Below are positions 54,352-64,000 of a DNA stretch of 64,000 nt, piece after piece. The notes under the pieces are model-generated. The model had not been told where the DNA came from and searched no databases. It worked only from the letters and a program-made list of their open reading frames with translations. The translations under genes were made by a program, and so were the position numbers. Numbering within the stretch: position 1 is the first letter of the stretch; each line of letters begins with the position of its first letter. The stretch lies in the sequence record OM339718.1, one strand, 5' to 3'.

Positions 54352-55704
54352 ATGATTAATAATACAGAACAACATATTAGTTCTAAAGCTGTTGATGTGG
54401 TGCTAGATCCTAGCACCACTAATTTCCCAGCAACAACTAATGATGTACAAAAAATGGCTGAACTCATACAACCCCATGCAATTGGAAGGTATGAGGATAT
54501 GAAAGCGACCGAAACAAAAATGGGTATTCTCAGGATTGCGACGGAAGCGGAAGTATTGGCAGGAACCGTGGCTGATGCAATCGTTACTCCCAAGACCCTA
54601 CAAGCCAAATGGGTGCGCCCAGATGCATCAGAAACGGTTAAGGGTCTAGTTAGGTACGCTACCAGCGCGGAACGTCTAGAAACAGCAGCAAGCGCATCTA
54701 TAGGAATTAATACGGCTGGTATATGGGATATCATCAGAACAAAAGCAATTGGTTCTACCACAAAAGCCGGTACGTTGAAATTATCGACGATTACCATTGG
54801 ACAACAAGGGACTGATTCAACTACTGCAACAAGTCCTGATGTTGTTAAGGCAATGATAGATAAGTTCGCAGTTACTGCAAATTCCGGTGCAACTGAATTG
54901 ACCTCTGGGATAGTTAAGATTTCCCCATCCCCAGTAATTAATGCGGCTTTACATAACGGTGTAGCAGTTAGCCCGAAAGGTTTTATTGAGACTCGCGCAA
55001 CTCAATCAAGAGTTGGTACAGTAAAAATGGCAACTCAAGCCGAGTCTAATGCCCGTACTGCAACTGACGTAGCCATTAGCCCTGCAACTCTTCCGATTGC
55101 ATCGTCTTCCCAGTGGGGTATTGTTGCATTGACAGACGTCGCTGTACAAGGGGCAACGAATAAAGCGTTGAGTTCCCATGGAGCAACAACCCTTGTTGCA
55201 AAAACTGGGGGAACAATGACCGGTGCGCTGATCACTCCAAATATATATCTTACAAATCCCCAAGATGGTTCACCAAATGCGGTTGTGAGATATGATTGGG
55301 CTGTTAGTGCATTTGATGATAAACAAAATCAAATAAATGGCAAGGTTAACCGTGGAAGCGCAGTAACTCTTAATAGAACCGACAAACAATTGATTTTTAA
55401 TGCTGCTCCATACGGAGGGCATAAAAGTGGTGACTTTAATATGTCACAGCCGTGGTGGAATTATGATGGGTTAATAGTTGTATCCTCTGGGGATGATGGT
55501 AGACACATGAAGTCGAATTATATATCGAAGGCACAGATCTCTATCCTTCAAGATAATTTCGCTAACGCTTGGTGGATTGCAGACACTGATTCTACTTGGT
55601 GGATTGGTAGGTTTAACGCCAATGGTACTTATTTCCATACCACAGGTGACAACTGTATTATATGGCATGTTTGGGGTGTTAATGACATATACCAAACAAC
55701 CTAA
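54352..55704 (+). CDS. 12: Short tail fibre gp12
   Basis: NNT.QHISS, repeated ATE...G.(V/L)R.AT.AE motifs; position after gene 11. Confidence 0.9.
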   Translation: MINNTEQHISSKAVDVVLDPSTTNFPATTNDVQKMAELIQPHAIGRYEDMKATETKMGILRIATEAEVLAGTVADAIVTPKTLQAKWVRPDASETVKGLVRYATSAERLETAASASIGINTAGIWDIIRTKAIGSTTKAGTLKLSTITIGQQGTDSTTATSPDVVKAMIDKFAVTANSGATELTSGIVKISPSPVINAALHNGVAVSPKGFIETRATQSRVGTVKMATQAESNARTATDVAISPATLPIASSSQWGIVALTDVAVQGATNKALSSHGATTLVAKTGGTMTGALITPNIYLTNPQDGSPNAVVRYDWAVSAFDDKQNQINGKVNRGSAVTLNRTDKQLIFNAAPYGGHKSGDFNMSQPWWNYDGLIVVSSGDDGRHMKSNYISKAQISILQDNFANAWWIADTDSTWWIGRFNANGTYFHTTGDNCIIWHVWGVNDIYQTT

Positions 55705-55707
55705 ATA
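55701..55707 (+). promoter_or_regulatory. Late promoter CTAAATA
   Basis: Overlaps the gp12 stop, upstream of wac. Confidence 0.7.
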
Positions 55708-55738
55708 CTAATATATAAAACGAATGGGGTAAAAACTA

Positions 55739-58700
55739 ATGGAAATTATTAAACCTGTATTGGATGACCTGAAATATACTTCTGATATGCCTGTTGCTGG
55801 TTCTGGTCAAAAACAGGTTGAATGGATTAAAAATGGTGAGCAACCACAAGGTGCAGATCCTTATATTGTTGGTGATAAAGGGGGCGTTTTAAACCGCCCC
55901 TCTACTCAAATTTCTGCCAACGTAGAGACATTGGATAAAAACCAAGAAAAAATCCTTTCTAAAATGTCGGAAGTTATCGACAAGGTGAATATTCATGATG
56001 ATATAATTAATGCTGGTGACGGACGAGATTTATATCAACGAGTTGGCGATTTGGAAACCGAAATGGATGTCCATAGTGGGATCCTTGAAGATATCAAAGA
56101 AACCGACGTAATCCTCGACGCAAAAATCCAGTCAATTTCCGATAATATCGGAGTTGGTGATCCATCTCTTAGATTCCGAACTCTCCGAGCGGATGACCTT
56201 CATATCAAAAAAATGTTGGGTAATTATAAAGATTTTGATATTGATGGTGTTCCATCACCCGGTTCACTTTCTTCGGGGGTGAAAGGTCAAATCGAACGTA
56301 ACTATAACACAGGTGTCAACCTTGATGTTCGTGTTACTTCTCTTGAGAAATGGTGGGAAGACTCAACTCCTGCATCTTTGAGGGAAGAGGTTAACCAGAT
56401 TAGAACCGAACTTGGACAAGACCCTGATCCAACAAGGAACATTTATTCTCGTATCGGCGATTTAGAAATGGCCGACGAAACAAATTCACCTTTGGTTCAA
56501 GAACTTGTAGAACACACTGGATACGGTGAATTCCCTCTCCAGTATCTTGATGTACAAACCGATTCTTATCAAACCGTAGGTAATCTATACGATTATTCTT
56601 TACATGTCAAGAAAGACGTAGATTATATTAGTGGTATCGCCAAACAAACCGAGGGTCTGTCTGATGACTTGGCTCGTTCTCTTGGTTCGGCTAGTGATTC
56701 CACACTGGATACCACCGCTTGGGGTAGAATTAATGATCTACGTGTCCGTATGGAGAATAACGAAGGTATTCTAGGATCTAGTCCTCTAGATGGATTGCAG
56801 GGAAAAGTTAAAGAAGTAGACCAGAGAGAGAAAGAACATTTCGAAGATCTTGATGGTCGTGTTTCGAGTATATCAACTACTGTTAACGTCGAATATAGAA
56901 CTTCTATTGAGGATCTACAAAATACCGTAGGTAATCCAAACACAGGTTTGGTTATCAAGGTAGAAGGGACAAAAAACGTCGCTGACGACGATTACCGTAG
57001 AATTGGTTCATATCAAGCATCGAAAGATATGTATGAACAGATGTACCGTGATTATAAGAATGGTGCTGGATATATCCCTAACCCAACAGAAACTCGGCTT
57101 GGTGCTGTATGGTCGCGAGAATATGATGGTGCTAACTGGGTATGGCGAGATTTGTTTACCACTAACTTTGTGGTTGGTGATAACAATAAGATTACCGCCA
57201 TCGACGGAACCACACTTGTTTCTTATTCTACTGGTTCTGATGGGAAATATATCCCGACCTTTGGTCATAACGGAACAACCAAACTCCGTATAGTCGGCGA
57301 CATTATCGGAAATATTTCTCTTGATACAACCTCTGATATCAGAAAATATGGGAAAACTATTCTTGGCTCTACCGATCAAACTATAAAAGTTGGTCAGAGT
57401 GATAAGAATATAGTTATGGTTGGTAAGGATATCGATTCTTTCAAGTATAACACACCAACCGGTGAATTTGATGTTCTGCATATTGGGAACTACAAAAAAT
57501 ATATCACCGACGTTAACCCAGAGAATGGATTTACCCTAAACCAGAATGCGGTAATTGGTTATGCAGGCGCAGATGTTATTAAATTAGATAATACTACAAT
57601 AAATATTGGTTCTGCTAATACAAACCTCGCATTTAAGGGAAATGTCGGCGAATTGATTATGGACCAAGACAAAGCGTTTAAGATGAATGTTGGTATGGGT
57701 AAACATCTAAACGTGGTCAATAACTTTGGTGGAATATTGACATACGGTGATATTGAAACTACGAACGTATTTGCAACGGACCTTTATATTCAAGGTACTG
57801 GGGTTGATCGGTTTAAGGTTTGGCACCAAGGTATGGATGCACCCGCAGATGGTAGTTTTTACGCTCGTAAGAACAACCAATGGATGGTCGTTGAACAGGG
57901 TGGTTCTGGTACTGGTATTATTGGTGATGCACCACAGTCCGGATTGGCATACGCTCGGGTAAATGACGATGGTGTTGGTTTCTGGCAAGCCGTAGGCGAA
58001 AGAAATATAACCCTAGCAGAAAACGTATCTATAATGGCAAAAACCAATAGTGGTACGATTACTGCATTTACCGTTGATTCTGCAACCGTAACAACTCGAA
58101 TTGGTGGAACTACAGGGAAAATAAACCTTCGTGGTACTGTATCCGATTTCAAATTAGAAAGTAAAATTTCTACATCTTATGGTTCTCTTTTAGAAAGTAC
58201 CCAAACCAAAATAGTGATCGGCGACACAACCACACCAGTGAATGTATATTCTACTGGGAATCTGTTTGTTGGTGTTGGTTCTGATGCTAAGAAAGTTTGG
58301 ACCGACGCACATGACGCACCAAACAACGCGAATTTCTACGCTCGTAAGGGTGGGCAATGGACTCTAATCCATGACGGTATAGACCCAACCAAGGATGTTT
58401 CTGTTGGTGAAACCAGCGATTTCATCATTGGTGGATATAACGTAGCCAAGGTGGATACAGTTGGTGTCGATAAGCTAATGGTTATTGGTGATAGTAGAAC
58501 GTTCATGAAGTTTGACGGTAAGGTAACTAACCTCAAGCTTGCAGAAGTAGGTGCCAATAATAGTTTCGGTATTACCACACAGGTAAATAATGTCGATAAG
58601 AACATAATTAGTATATCGCAACCTTCTACAGAAAAGTTTATCGCAATTGGTGACACCGATCTACCGGTTCGTATTACCGCATCTGAGGTAACAATCAATA

Positions 58701-58864
58701 ACGATAAAGTCCTCACAAAGGATAGTTTCGAAGCACCAGCAGACGGAAACAAGTACGTAAGACAAGATGGTCAGTGGACAAGAGCGTATTACTACGGTGA
58801 TTTTGCTACAGACGCACCGACCAGTCCTAAAGAAGGTGATGTGTTCTTCGAATTCATCAACTAA
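55739..58864 (+). CDS. wac: Fibritin (Wac) with long C-terminal extension
   Basis: N-terminal QKQVEWIKNGE...GVLNRP, heptad coiled coils, foldon-like DAP.DG..Y.RK.G.W motifs; position between 12 and 13. Confidence 0.9.
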   Translation: MEIIKPVLDDLKYTSDMPVAGSGQKQVEWIKNGEQPQGADPYIVGDKGGVLNRPSTQISANVETLDKNQEKILSKMSEVIDKVNIHDDIINAGDGRDLYQRVGDLETEMDVHSGILEDIKETDVILDAKIQSISDNIGVGDPSLRFRTLRADDLHIKKMLGNYKDFDIDGVPSPGSLSSGVKGQIERNYNTGVNLDVRVTSLEKWWEDSTPASLREEVNQIRTELGQDPDPTRNIYSRIGDLEMADETNSPLVQELVEHTGYGEFPLQYLDVQTDSYQTVGNLYDYSLHVKKDVDYISGIAKQTEGLSDDLARSLGSASDSTLDTTAWGRINDLRVRMENNEGILGSSPLDGLQGKVKEVDQREKEHFEDLDGRVSSISTTVNVEYRTSIEDLQNTVGNPNTGLVIKVEGTKNVADDDYRRIGSYQASKDMYEQMYRDYKNGAGYIPNPTETRLGAVWSREYDGANWVWRDLFTTNFVVGDNNKITAIDGTTLVSYSTGSDGKYIPTFGHNGTTKLRIVGDIIGNISLDTTSDIRKYGKTILGSTDQTIKVGQSDKNIVMVGKDIDSFKYNTPTGEFDVLHIGNYKKYITDVNPENGFTLNQNAVIGYAGADVIKLDNTTINIGSANTNLAFKGNVGELIMDQDKAFKMNVGMGKHLNVVNNFGGILTYGDIETTNVFATDLYIQGTGVDRFKVWHQGMDAPADGSFYARKNNQWMVVEQGGSGTGIIGDAPQSGLAYARVNDDGVGFWQAVGERNITLAENVSIMAKTNSGTITAFTVDSATVTTRIGGTTGKINLRGTVSDFKLESKISTSYGSLLESTQTKIVIGDTTTPVNVYSTGNLFVGVGSDAKKVWTDAHDAPNNANFYARKGGQWTLIHDGIDPTKDVSVGETSDFIIGGYNVAKVDTVGVDKLMVIGDSRTFMKFDGKVTNLKLAEVGANNSFGITTQVNNVDKNIISISQPSTEKFIAIGDTDLPVRITASEVTINNDKVLTKDSFEAPADGNKYVRQDGQWTRAYYYGDFATDAPTSPKEGDVFFEFIN

Positions 58865-58875
58865 AAGGGTTTACG

Positions 58876-60372
58876 ATGGCTAACAAAGTGTATAAAAATG
58901 GGGTGGTGCATGACACCATCCCATCCATTTATAAAAATAACTGGCATAGGTCCGTACCGTGGGTTTTTTCTAATGGGGCATGGCATAGAGCTTATGACCT
59001 TGGCGACGAAAACCTATTAGCAAATAGTCGAATGTTGAATGGTACTGATATTTTTTGTTATTCTGACGGGGTTGTTATTGGAAACGTTCCACCATGCTAT
59101 ACCGTTTATAATAACTCGACAAATACGGGAAATAACGCTTTTGCTATAAGCTTCAACCAAGATAATGAAAATACGAAAGGATATACATTCAGAACTATTG
59201 ATAGTCGAATGTTCTTCCAAACCCGTATTTCGTTAAAGGCTGGAAAAACTTATACCGCAAGCGTTATGGTTAAAAACAACGATCTTACGTTGGTTCATAG
59301 TGGTGTACTTGCTGATATATACATGGACAATGGTGACCCCATTGATAATTATCTAACATTTAAAACTAAATTTGATAATAATCCATTAATTGGTGATGAG
59401 AGAACCCGTATATACTCTACTTTCACCGCAAAGAAAGACTGTCTAATACAATTTAACTTTGGTGTTGGAGTTAGATATAACACAAATGGTGATTTCTCTT
59501 TTGATTCACCTATGGTTACAAATACAAATATCCTGATCGATTATCAACCAACCCCCCACGTTTTAACCAACGAAGCAATTATTTTAAATAGAGACGCTGG
59601 ATTCTCTACTACTGGTTCTTTGATGGTTGCGAACAAGACACATAAAGTTTCTGGTGGCCTTGTTATTGGTGATATCGCTACAGAACTAGTGATAGCTTCA
59701 AAAAACGTTGGTGGTATTTCTACTGGTATGGGCATAAATCTAGAAACTAACACATTCTGGGTTAAAACTCCTGATGGTGTTTATCACACCAAACCATTGA
59801 AAAGACCATTACCAAGAAATAACAGTATTGGTGTATCTGTTTGGTTTGATGTATCTAACGGATTTGCTCAAAATATAAGGTTGTATGTAAACGGTGAAGT
59901 CTACGCAAGAATAACAGATCCATATCTTAGTCTTGATACAGGGCTTAATACTGTATTCGGGTTAAATAGTAATAACATCACCATTGAACAATTTGAAATT
60001 TACATGGATGGAAACAGTCATCTATTTAATATTTCAAATCAAGGTAATGGAAAATTGGTATCTACTGATGGAAAACTGGTTCTTGATATCGTCGGTGATA
60101 CAATTTGGTGGAGTACGGTTGCGCCTAAAATAACGAAACAACCGCAAGTTATATATAACGCGCAAGTTGGTGATACGGTCGTGATAGAATCGGATTGTGA
60201 TAGATTTTCCACAGTTCAATGGAAAACCTCAAGGGGTGTTGAAGTAGGTAATTCTAAAAATCTAGAGATAGAAGTTACCCCAACTCTAGACACATCAATT
60301 TTCTACTACGCCATTTATAAGAACAGTTATGGTCAAGTAACCACTCGCTCAACTAGGATCCAAATATCTTAA
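58876..60372 (+). CDS. Putative virion adhesin (carbohydrate-binding/beta-sandwich domains plus C-terminal Ig domain)
   Basis: N-terminal PWVFSNGAWHRAY, CBM-like LKAGKTYTASV, C-terminal PKITKQP...VQWK...YYA..KNSYG Ig motif. Confidence 0.7.
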   Translation: MANKVYKNGVVHDTIPSIYKNNWHRSVPWVFSNGAWHRAYDLGDENLLANSRMLNGTDIFCYSDGVVIGNVPPCYTVYNNSTNTGNNAFAISFNQDNENTKGYTFRTIDSRMFFQTRISLKAGKTYTASVMVKNNDLTLVHSGVLADIYMDNGDPIDNYLTFKTKFDNNPLIGDERTRIYSTFTAKKDCLIQFNFGVGVRYNTNGDFSFDSPMVTNTNILIDYQPTPHVLTNEAIILNRDAGFSTTGSLMVANKTHKVSGGLVIGDIATELVIASKNVGGISTGMGINLETNTFWVKTPDGVYHTKPLKRPLPRNNSIGVSVWFDVSNGFAQNIRLYVNGEVYARITDPYLSLDTGLNTVFGLNSNNITIEQFEIYMDGNSHLFNISNQGNGKLVSTDGKLVLDIVGDTIWWSTVAPKITKQPQVIYNAQVGDTVVIESDCDRFSTVQWKTSRGVEVGNSKNLEIEVTPTLDTSIFYYAIYKNSYGQVTTRSTRIQIS

Positions 60373-60383
60373 GGGGCATTAAA

Positions 60384-60527
60384 ATGCAAACCGCTGTACT
60401 TTTATTCTTTAGGACAATAGGTCTCGAAATTCTAACTCAGTTGCTTAAGGTGGCGGCGGAAGCAATCACCAAAAAACAGAAGCAGAATGAAGAAGATAAA
60501 GAGGCTAACAAAAATAAAGAACAATAA
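60384..60527 (+). CDS. Small amphipathic protein (47 aa, absent from the ORF track)
   Basis: MQTAVLLFFRTIGLEILTQLLKVAAEAITKKQK...; AAGGGG RBS, terminator after stop. Confidence 0.55.
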   Translation: MQTAVLLFFRTIGLEILTQLLKVAAEAITKKQKQNEEDKEANKNKEQ

Positions 60528-60529
60528 TT

Positions 60530-60572
60530 AAAAGCCCCGTTCGTTTATTCGTTCGGGGCTTTTCTCTAAATA
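60530..60572 (+). terminator. Terminator plus late promoter CTAAATA (60566-60572)
   Basis: AAAAGCCCCG...CGGGGCTTTT. Confidence 0.8.
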
Positions 60573-60600
60573 CCATTGTAAACTATTAAAGGAAGATAAA

Positions 60601-61521
60601 ATGTATAATACCTGTAATAACCCTAAAGAACTAAAAGATAATATTCTTCGTCGGTTAGGTGCTCCAATTATAAATATTGAGGTTACAGAAACTCAGATCT
60701 ATGACAGTATCGGGCGGGCTCTTGAACTTTATAAAGATTACCACCACGATGCACTAAACCGGGCCTTTATAACCTGTATTCTAACCGAAGAACAAGCCAT
60801 GACCGGGTATATCGATTTGAGTGAATACCCAGTTTTCGCAGTAACTAGAATTCTGCGTAGTATGGTCGGTAATATGACTCTGTTGGGTGGTGGTGTTCCT
60901 CTAAACTGGTTTGCTAGTTTCATTACTGGGTTAGCAACGAGTGGCGTTGGTTCTTGCTACCATGGACCTTTTGGGACAATCGGTTCCGTTGGATATTTTG
61001 CTGCATTTAGTTCCTATCAGAAACTCCTACAAGACCAATTAAATCCACTACCGGATTATGATTTTGATACCAAATCTGGGATTCTACAGATCACACACAA
61101 CAACCTCAAAAAAGGTGATGTGATGGTTATTGAAGCATATGTTCAAAACTTCGTAGACCTTGACGAATATGCATTTAACGATATAGGTAGTGCTTTACCA
61201 ATAGGTCACGGTGTACCTGCATCAGATTTAGAAAATAAATGGTCTAACCCATACAAGAAACTCCCCCAAAGCGTCATAGGAAGCGCAAGGAACGATTTCC
61301 CAGACCAGAAGGTATATAACAACAGGTGGGTTAAAGATATGTCCACAGCGCTCGTTAAAGAGGTTTGGGGGAATATAATGGCTAAACACCAAGGGATGCA
61401 ACTCCCCGGTGGAGTAACTGTTGACGGGACTAGACTAATCCAAGAAGCCAAACAAGAAATTGAGACCCTTCGAGAGGAATTGCTTCTGTTGGCTGGTCCA
61501 GATCCAATTATTATGGGGTAA
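60601..61521 (+). CDS. 13: Neck protein gp13
   Basis: NPKELKDNILRRLGAPIINIEVT, YNNRWVKD..TALVK, QLPGGVTVDG. Confidence 0.97.
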   Translation: MYNTCNNPKELKDNILRRLGAPIINIEVTETQIYDSIGRALELYKDYHHDALNRAFITCILTEEQAMTGYIDLSEYPVFAVTRILRSMVGNMTLLGGGVPLNWFASFITGLATSGVGSCYHGPFGTIGSVGYFAAFSSYQKLLQDQLNPLPDYDFDTKSGILQITHNNLKKGDVMVIEAYVQNFVDLDEYAFNDIGSALPIGHGVPASDLENKWSNPYKKLPQSVIGSARNDFPDQKVYNNRWVKDMSTALVKEVWGNIMAKHQGMQLPGGVTVDGTRLIQEAKQEIETLREELLLLAGPDPIIMG

Positions 61522-61524
61522 TAT

Positions 61525-62316
61525 ATGTACGATTCTAATCTATTTGCCAGACTAGAAGATGGTTCCGGATATGAGGATTCAACTAATAAGAAAGAAGTAT
61601 TGAATCCTCATGTTAATAATTATGGTCATGGCTATACACAAGCATTTGCTAGACATTTGATGTCAGAAGCAATCCAAATGAAAGGAATTGAGGTTTTCTA
61701 TATTCGAAGAGAATTAGTTAAACTTGACCTTTTATACGGGGAAGATATGCAATCCAAATTCAACAACGCTTTCCGGGTTGCTATGTATTTGGAAAACTTT
61801 GAAGGGTATCAGGGACGTCAAGAATTTTTCTCAAAATTTGGTATGAGTGTAAATGATGAGGCTGAATTCTCTGTATCCCCAGAACTGTTTAATAGACAAG
61901 GGGATGGAGAGAAGGCAAGGGAGGGAGACTTAATATATTTCCCTATGAATAATGCCCTTTTCGAAGTAACTTGGGTTGAACCAAATAACCCATTCTATCA
62001 AAATGGACAAGAAACCCTGTATAAAATCACAGCACAGAAATTCATATATTCTGGTGAAGAGATTCAACCGGAGTTTAGTCCGTCTGATTATATTATGAAT
62101 CCGGCACTCGACCCAGTTCGTAAACTCGATAAAAGAGTTGATACATCGATTCTTGAATATGAAGAAGATGATTTTGTTTCTGACGAAGCAGATGATTTTG
62201 TAGAAGAATTTGATGTGTTAATTGGTACTGGTGCCCCGGTTGCAGAAGCTCCATATCAACCATTTGTTAATGGTCAAACTAATAAAGACCCATTCAGTGA
62301 TCTTGACTTTAGATAA
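61525..62316 (+). CDS. 14: Neck protein gp14
   Basis: EAIQMKG, LLYGED..SKF, FFSKFGM, EGDLIYFPMNN.LFE..WVE. Confidence 0.97.
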   Translation: MYDSNLFARLEDGSGYEDSTNKKEVLNPHVNNYGHGYTQAFARHLMSEAIQMKGIEVFYIRRELVKLDLLYGEDMQSKFNNAFRVAMYLENFEGYQGRQEFFSKFGMSVNDEAEFSVSPELFNRQGDGEKAREGDLIYFPMNNALFEVTWVEPNNPFYQNGQETLYKITAQKFIYSGEEIQPEFSPSDYIMNPALDPVRKLDKRVDTSILEYEEDDFVSDEADDFVEEFDVLIGTGAPVAEAPYQPFVNGQTNKDPFSDLDFR

Positions 62317-62345
62317 AATATAAAGGCGGGGGAAACCCCGCTCCC

Positions 62346-62352
62346 CTAAATA
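62346..62352 (+). promoter_or_regulatory. Late promoter CTAAATA
   Basis: After a GCGGGG-GAAA-CCCCGC hairpin, upstream of gene 15. Confidence 0.7.
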
Positions 62353-62378
62353 CAATAAATACATATGGAGTGTAAATT

Positions 62379-63191
62379 ATGTTTGGATATTTCTATAATA
62401 GCTCAATGCGTAGATATACGGTTTTGCTAATGGACCTCCTTAGCGGTGTACAAGTAGAACGTACACGGGGAGACCAAAAGTTTTATAATAAAGTACCAAT
62501 TACAAACGCATCAAAAGAGCGATTTATCATAAAGCTTAACAATGCGTTTAGCAACAATTATGATGGTGAAATGGCTCGTGGTGAAACCATTCTCCCTAGA
62601 ATAAATATCCATATGGTGGATATGATGTATAACTCCCAGTATAAAACAGGTATGCAGGGAAGACAAGCATCTGACCAAAACAATAAGTCATATAATATTT
62701 TCAACCCAGTACCTTGGAAATTTACTTTTGAGGTTTCTATTCATACCAGATATGAAACTGATATGCATACCATCGTAGAGCAAATTCTACCATATTTCCA
62801 ACCTAACTTCCCATGCAAAATTGTTGAACTTCATGACGGTAAAACCCCCGTCAATAGAGATATTCAGATAACAATTCAATCTGTTTCTATGTCAGAAGAA
62901 TTAGAAGGAGACCGGGGAGAACGTCGTCGTCTAGAATGGACCTTATTCTTTGAACTAGATGGATGGATGTATGCAAACTTTGCAGACCTTAAGGGTGAGA
63001 TCAAAACAACATATCTTGATTTCTTTGGGAATATGAAAAGACTCCCGGTTGAAGCTTATGAATCCGTTGACGCGCAAGTGGTTCCTTTTGATTCCACACC
63101 AAATACATGGAATGGGGATTATATAGAAACTTGCTCTGCTGGAGTACCAATCCCCGTAGATCCAGAACCATCAAAACCAAGAGAGAATTAA
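62379..63191 (+). CDS. 15: Tail terminator/sheath stabiliser gp15
   Basis: MFGYFYNSSMRRY, VPIT.ASKE, ILPRI, IVEQILPYFQP, RRRLEW. Confidence 0.97.
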   Translation: MFGYFYNSSMRRYTVLLMDLLSGVQVERTRGDQKFYNKVPITNASKERFIIKLNNAFSNNYDGEMARGETILPRINIHMVDMMYNSQYKTGMQGRQASDQNNKSYNIFNPVPWKFTFEVSIHTRYETDMHTIVEQILPYFQPNFPCKIVELHDGKTPVNRDIQITIQSVSMSEELEGDRGERRRLEWTLFFELDGWMYANFADLKGEIKTTYLDFFGNMKRLPVEAYESVDAQVVPFDSTPNTWNGDYIETCSAGVPIPVDPEPSKPREN

Positions 63192-63192
63192 A

Positions 63193-63705
63193 ATGAGTGA
63201 ATTAGATATGAAAAGTCTACTTGATGTGTCTGGGTTGCCCGGATTTGATGGTGGCGAAGTTGTTGTGTATGAACCAACTGTATTACTTCCGGTGGAATCC
63301 AACCCGTTAGATAGAGCAAAAGACCTATCAGACGATTACAGTTTGGCTAGACAAGCATTAAACCAACAACAACAAATGATTATGGCTATGGCGGCAATTG
63401 CATTGGAGAATGCAAAGAATTCAGAGAGTCCAAACCAAGTTAATGCGTTCACTCAGTTAATGGGAACGTGGACTGCTAATACAAAGGAAATTCTTAAGCT
63501 CCATAAAGAAATGGACGCAATTACAGCCGAGAAAACAAAAACTGGTGGAAATAAACCAGAAACTCCTAGCCCGAGTATGAATATTGAAAACGCTACTGTT
63601 TTTATGGGAACCCCTGCTGAACTAATGCTAAGAGAAGGAACCCAAACACAGGCTCAATCTCTTGTTATTGATGGTGAATCAGAAGAGGTTAAAAATGCAA
63701 ATTAA
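63193..63705 (+). CDS. 16: Small terminase subunit gp16
   Basis: VESNP.DR..DL.DDY.LAR, NAKNSESP, NIENATVFMGTPAELM. Confidence 0.95.
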   Translation: MSELDMKSLLDVSGLPGFDGGEVVVYEPTVLLPVESNPLDRAKDLSDDYSLARQALNQQQQMIMAMAAIALENAKNSESPNQVNAFTQLMGTWTANTKEILKLHKEMDAITAEKTKTGGNKPETPSPSMNIENATVFMGTPAELMLREGTQTQAQSLVIDGESEEVKNAN

Positions 63706-64000
63706 TTGGCGAGATCATATAAAAACAGAAGAACATCTAAGGGCTTATATTGACCTAGATAGAACGGAATTTAATGACTATCTAATTAGTACATCGTGGG
63801 ATATTCTAACACACAGAAATGGTGTTAGAGTTCAAGTTGTTAATTATCCACTGGTTAGAGAATTATACACCTATATATTTTCTAAATTAGGATATGATGT
63901 TTCTGGTGACAAATATATCATCGGAAACTCGGTTATCAAATTTACTAATGTGTTAGATATCCCCAGAGGTTCATTCTATAGGTATGTTTTTGAGGGATAA
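63695..64000 (+). CDS. Hypothetical protein between gene 16 and the expected gene 17
   Basis: MQINWRD start with GAGG RBS overlapping the gp16 end; stop at 64000. Confidence 0.65.
   Translation: MQINWRDHIKTEEHLRAYIDLDRTEFNDYLISTSWDILTHRNGVRVQVVNYPLVRELYTYIFSKLGYDVSGDKYIIGNSVIKFTNVLDIPRGSFYRYVFEG

Noticed and set aside
60384-60527. Holin call for the 47-aa ORF
   Set aside because: Only one moderately hydrophobic, amphipathic segment and not adjacent to lysis genes; left as hypothetical
1-64000. CRISPR array
   Set aside because: No regularly spaced direct repeats with unique spacers found

Overview
This window is part of a large, AT-rich T4-like myovirus genome (Straboviridae-type). An Aeromonas-type host, related to phages such as 65, CC2 or Aeh1, is my inference from gene order and content and was not checked. 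1-12.3 kb (+): early accessory region with a YqeY-like gene, ndd, topoisomerase gp52, asiA, an Arr-like ADP-ribosyltransferase, a phage Mu Mom-like DNA-modifying GNAT enzyme and a macrodomain. 12.4-17.6 kb (+): spanin pair, a 1314-aa gp36-like tail fibre and the endolysin. 17.7-31 kb (-): tk, ParB-like, hoc, P-loop kinase, ferritin-like, 10 intact tRNA genes plus one tRNA split by an HNH endonuclease gene, several structured non-coding spacers, a J-domain protein, gp57A and dNMP kinase. 31-37 kb (-): gp3, gp29, gp26/51, gp54, gp2, gp4. 37-64 kb (+): baseplate-to-packaging operon 48-53-27-5-5.1-5.4-25-6-7-8-9-10-11-12-wac-(adhesin)-13-14-15-16. Late genes are preceded by CTAAATA rather than T4's TATAAATA. 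Strongest leads: (1) an HNH ORF inserted exactly in a tRNA anticodon loop with both halves still able to fold; (2) a T-TTT-TTC slippery site predicting a -1 frameshift that fuses gp26 to a start-less gp51-like module immediately upstream of the tape-measure gene gp29, like lambda G/GT; (3) the Mom-like enzyme; (4) a bipartite palindromic intergenic element present twice, 31 kb apart; (5) several structured RNAs among the tRNAs; (6) an AlaRS-like fragment beside the tRNAs. All family assignments come from motif recognition, not database searches.
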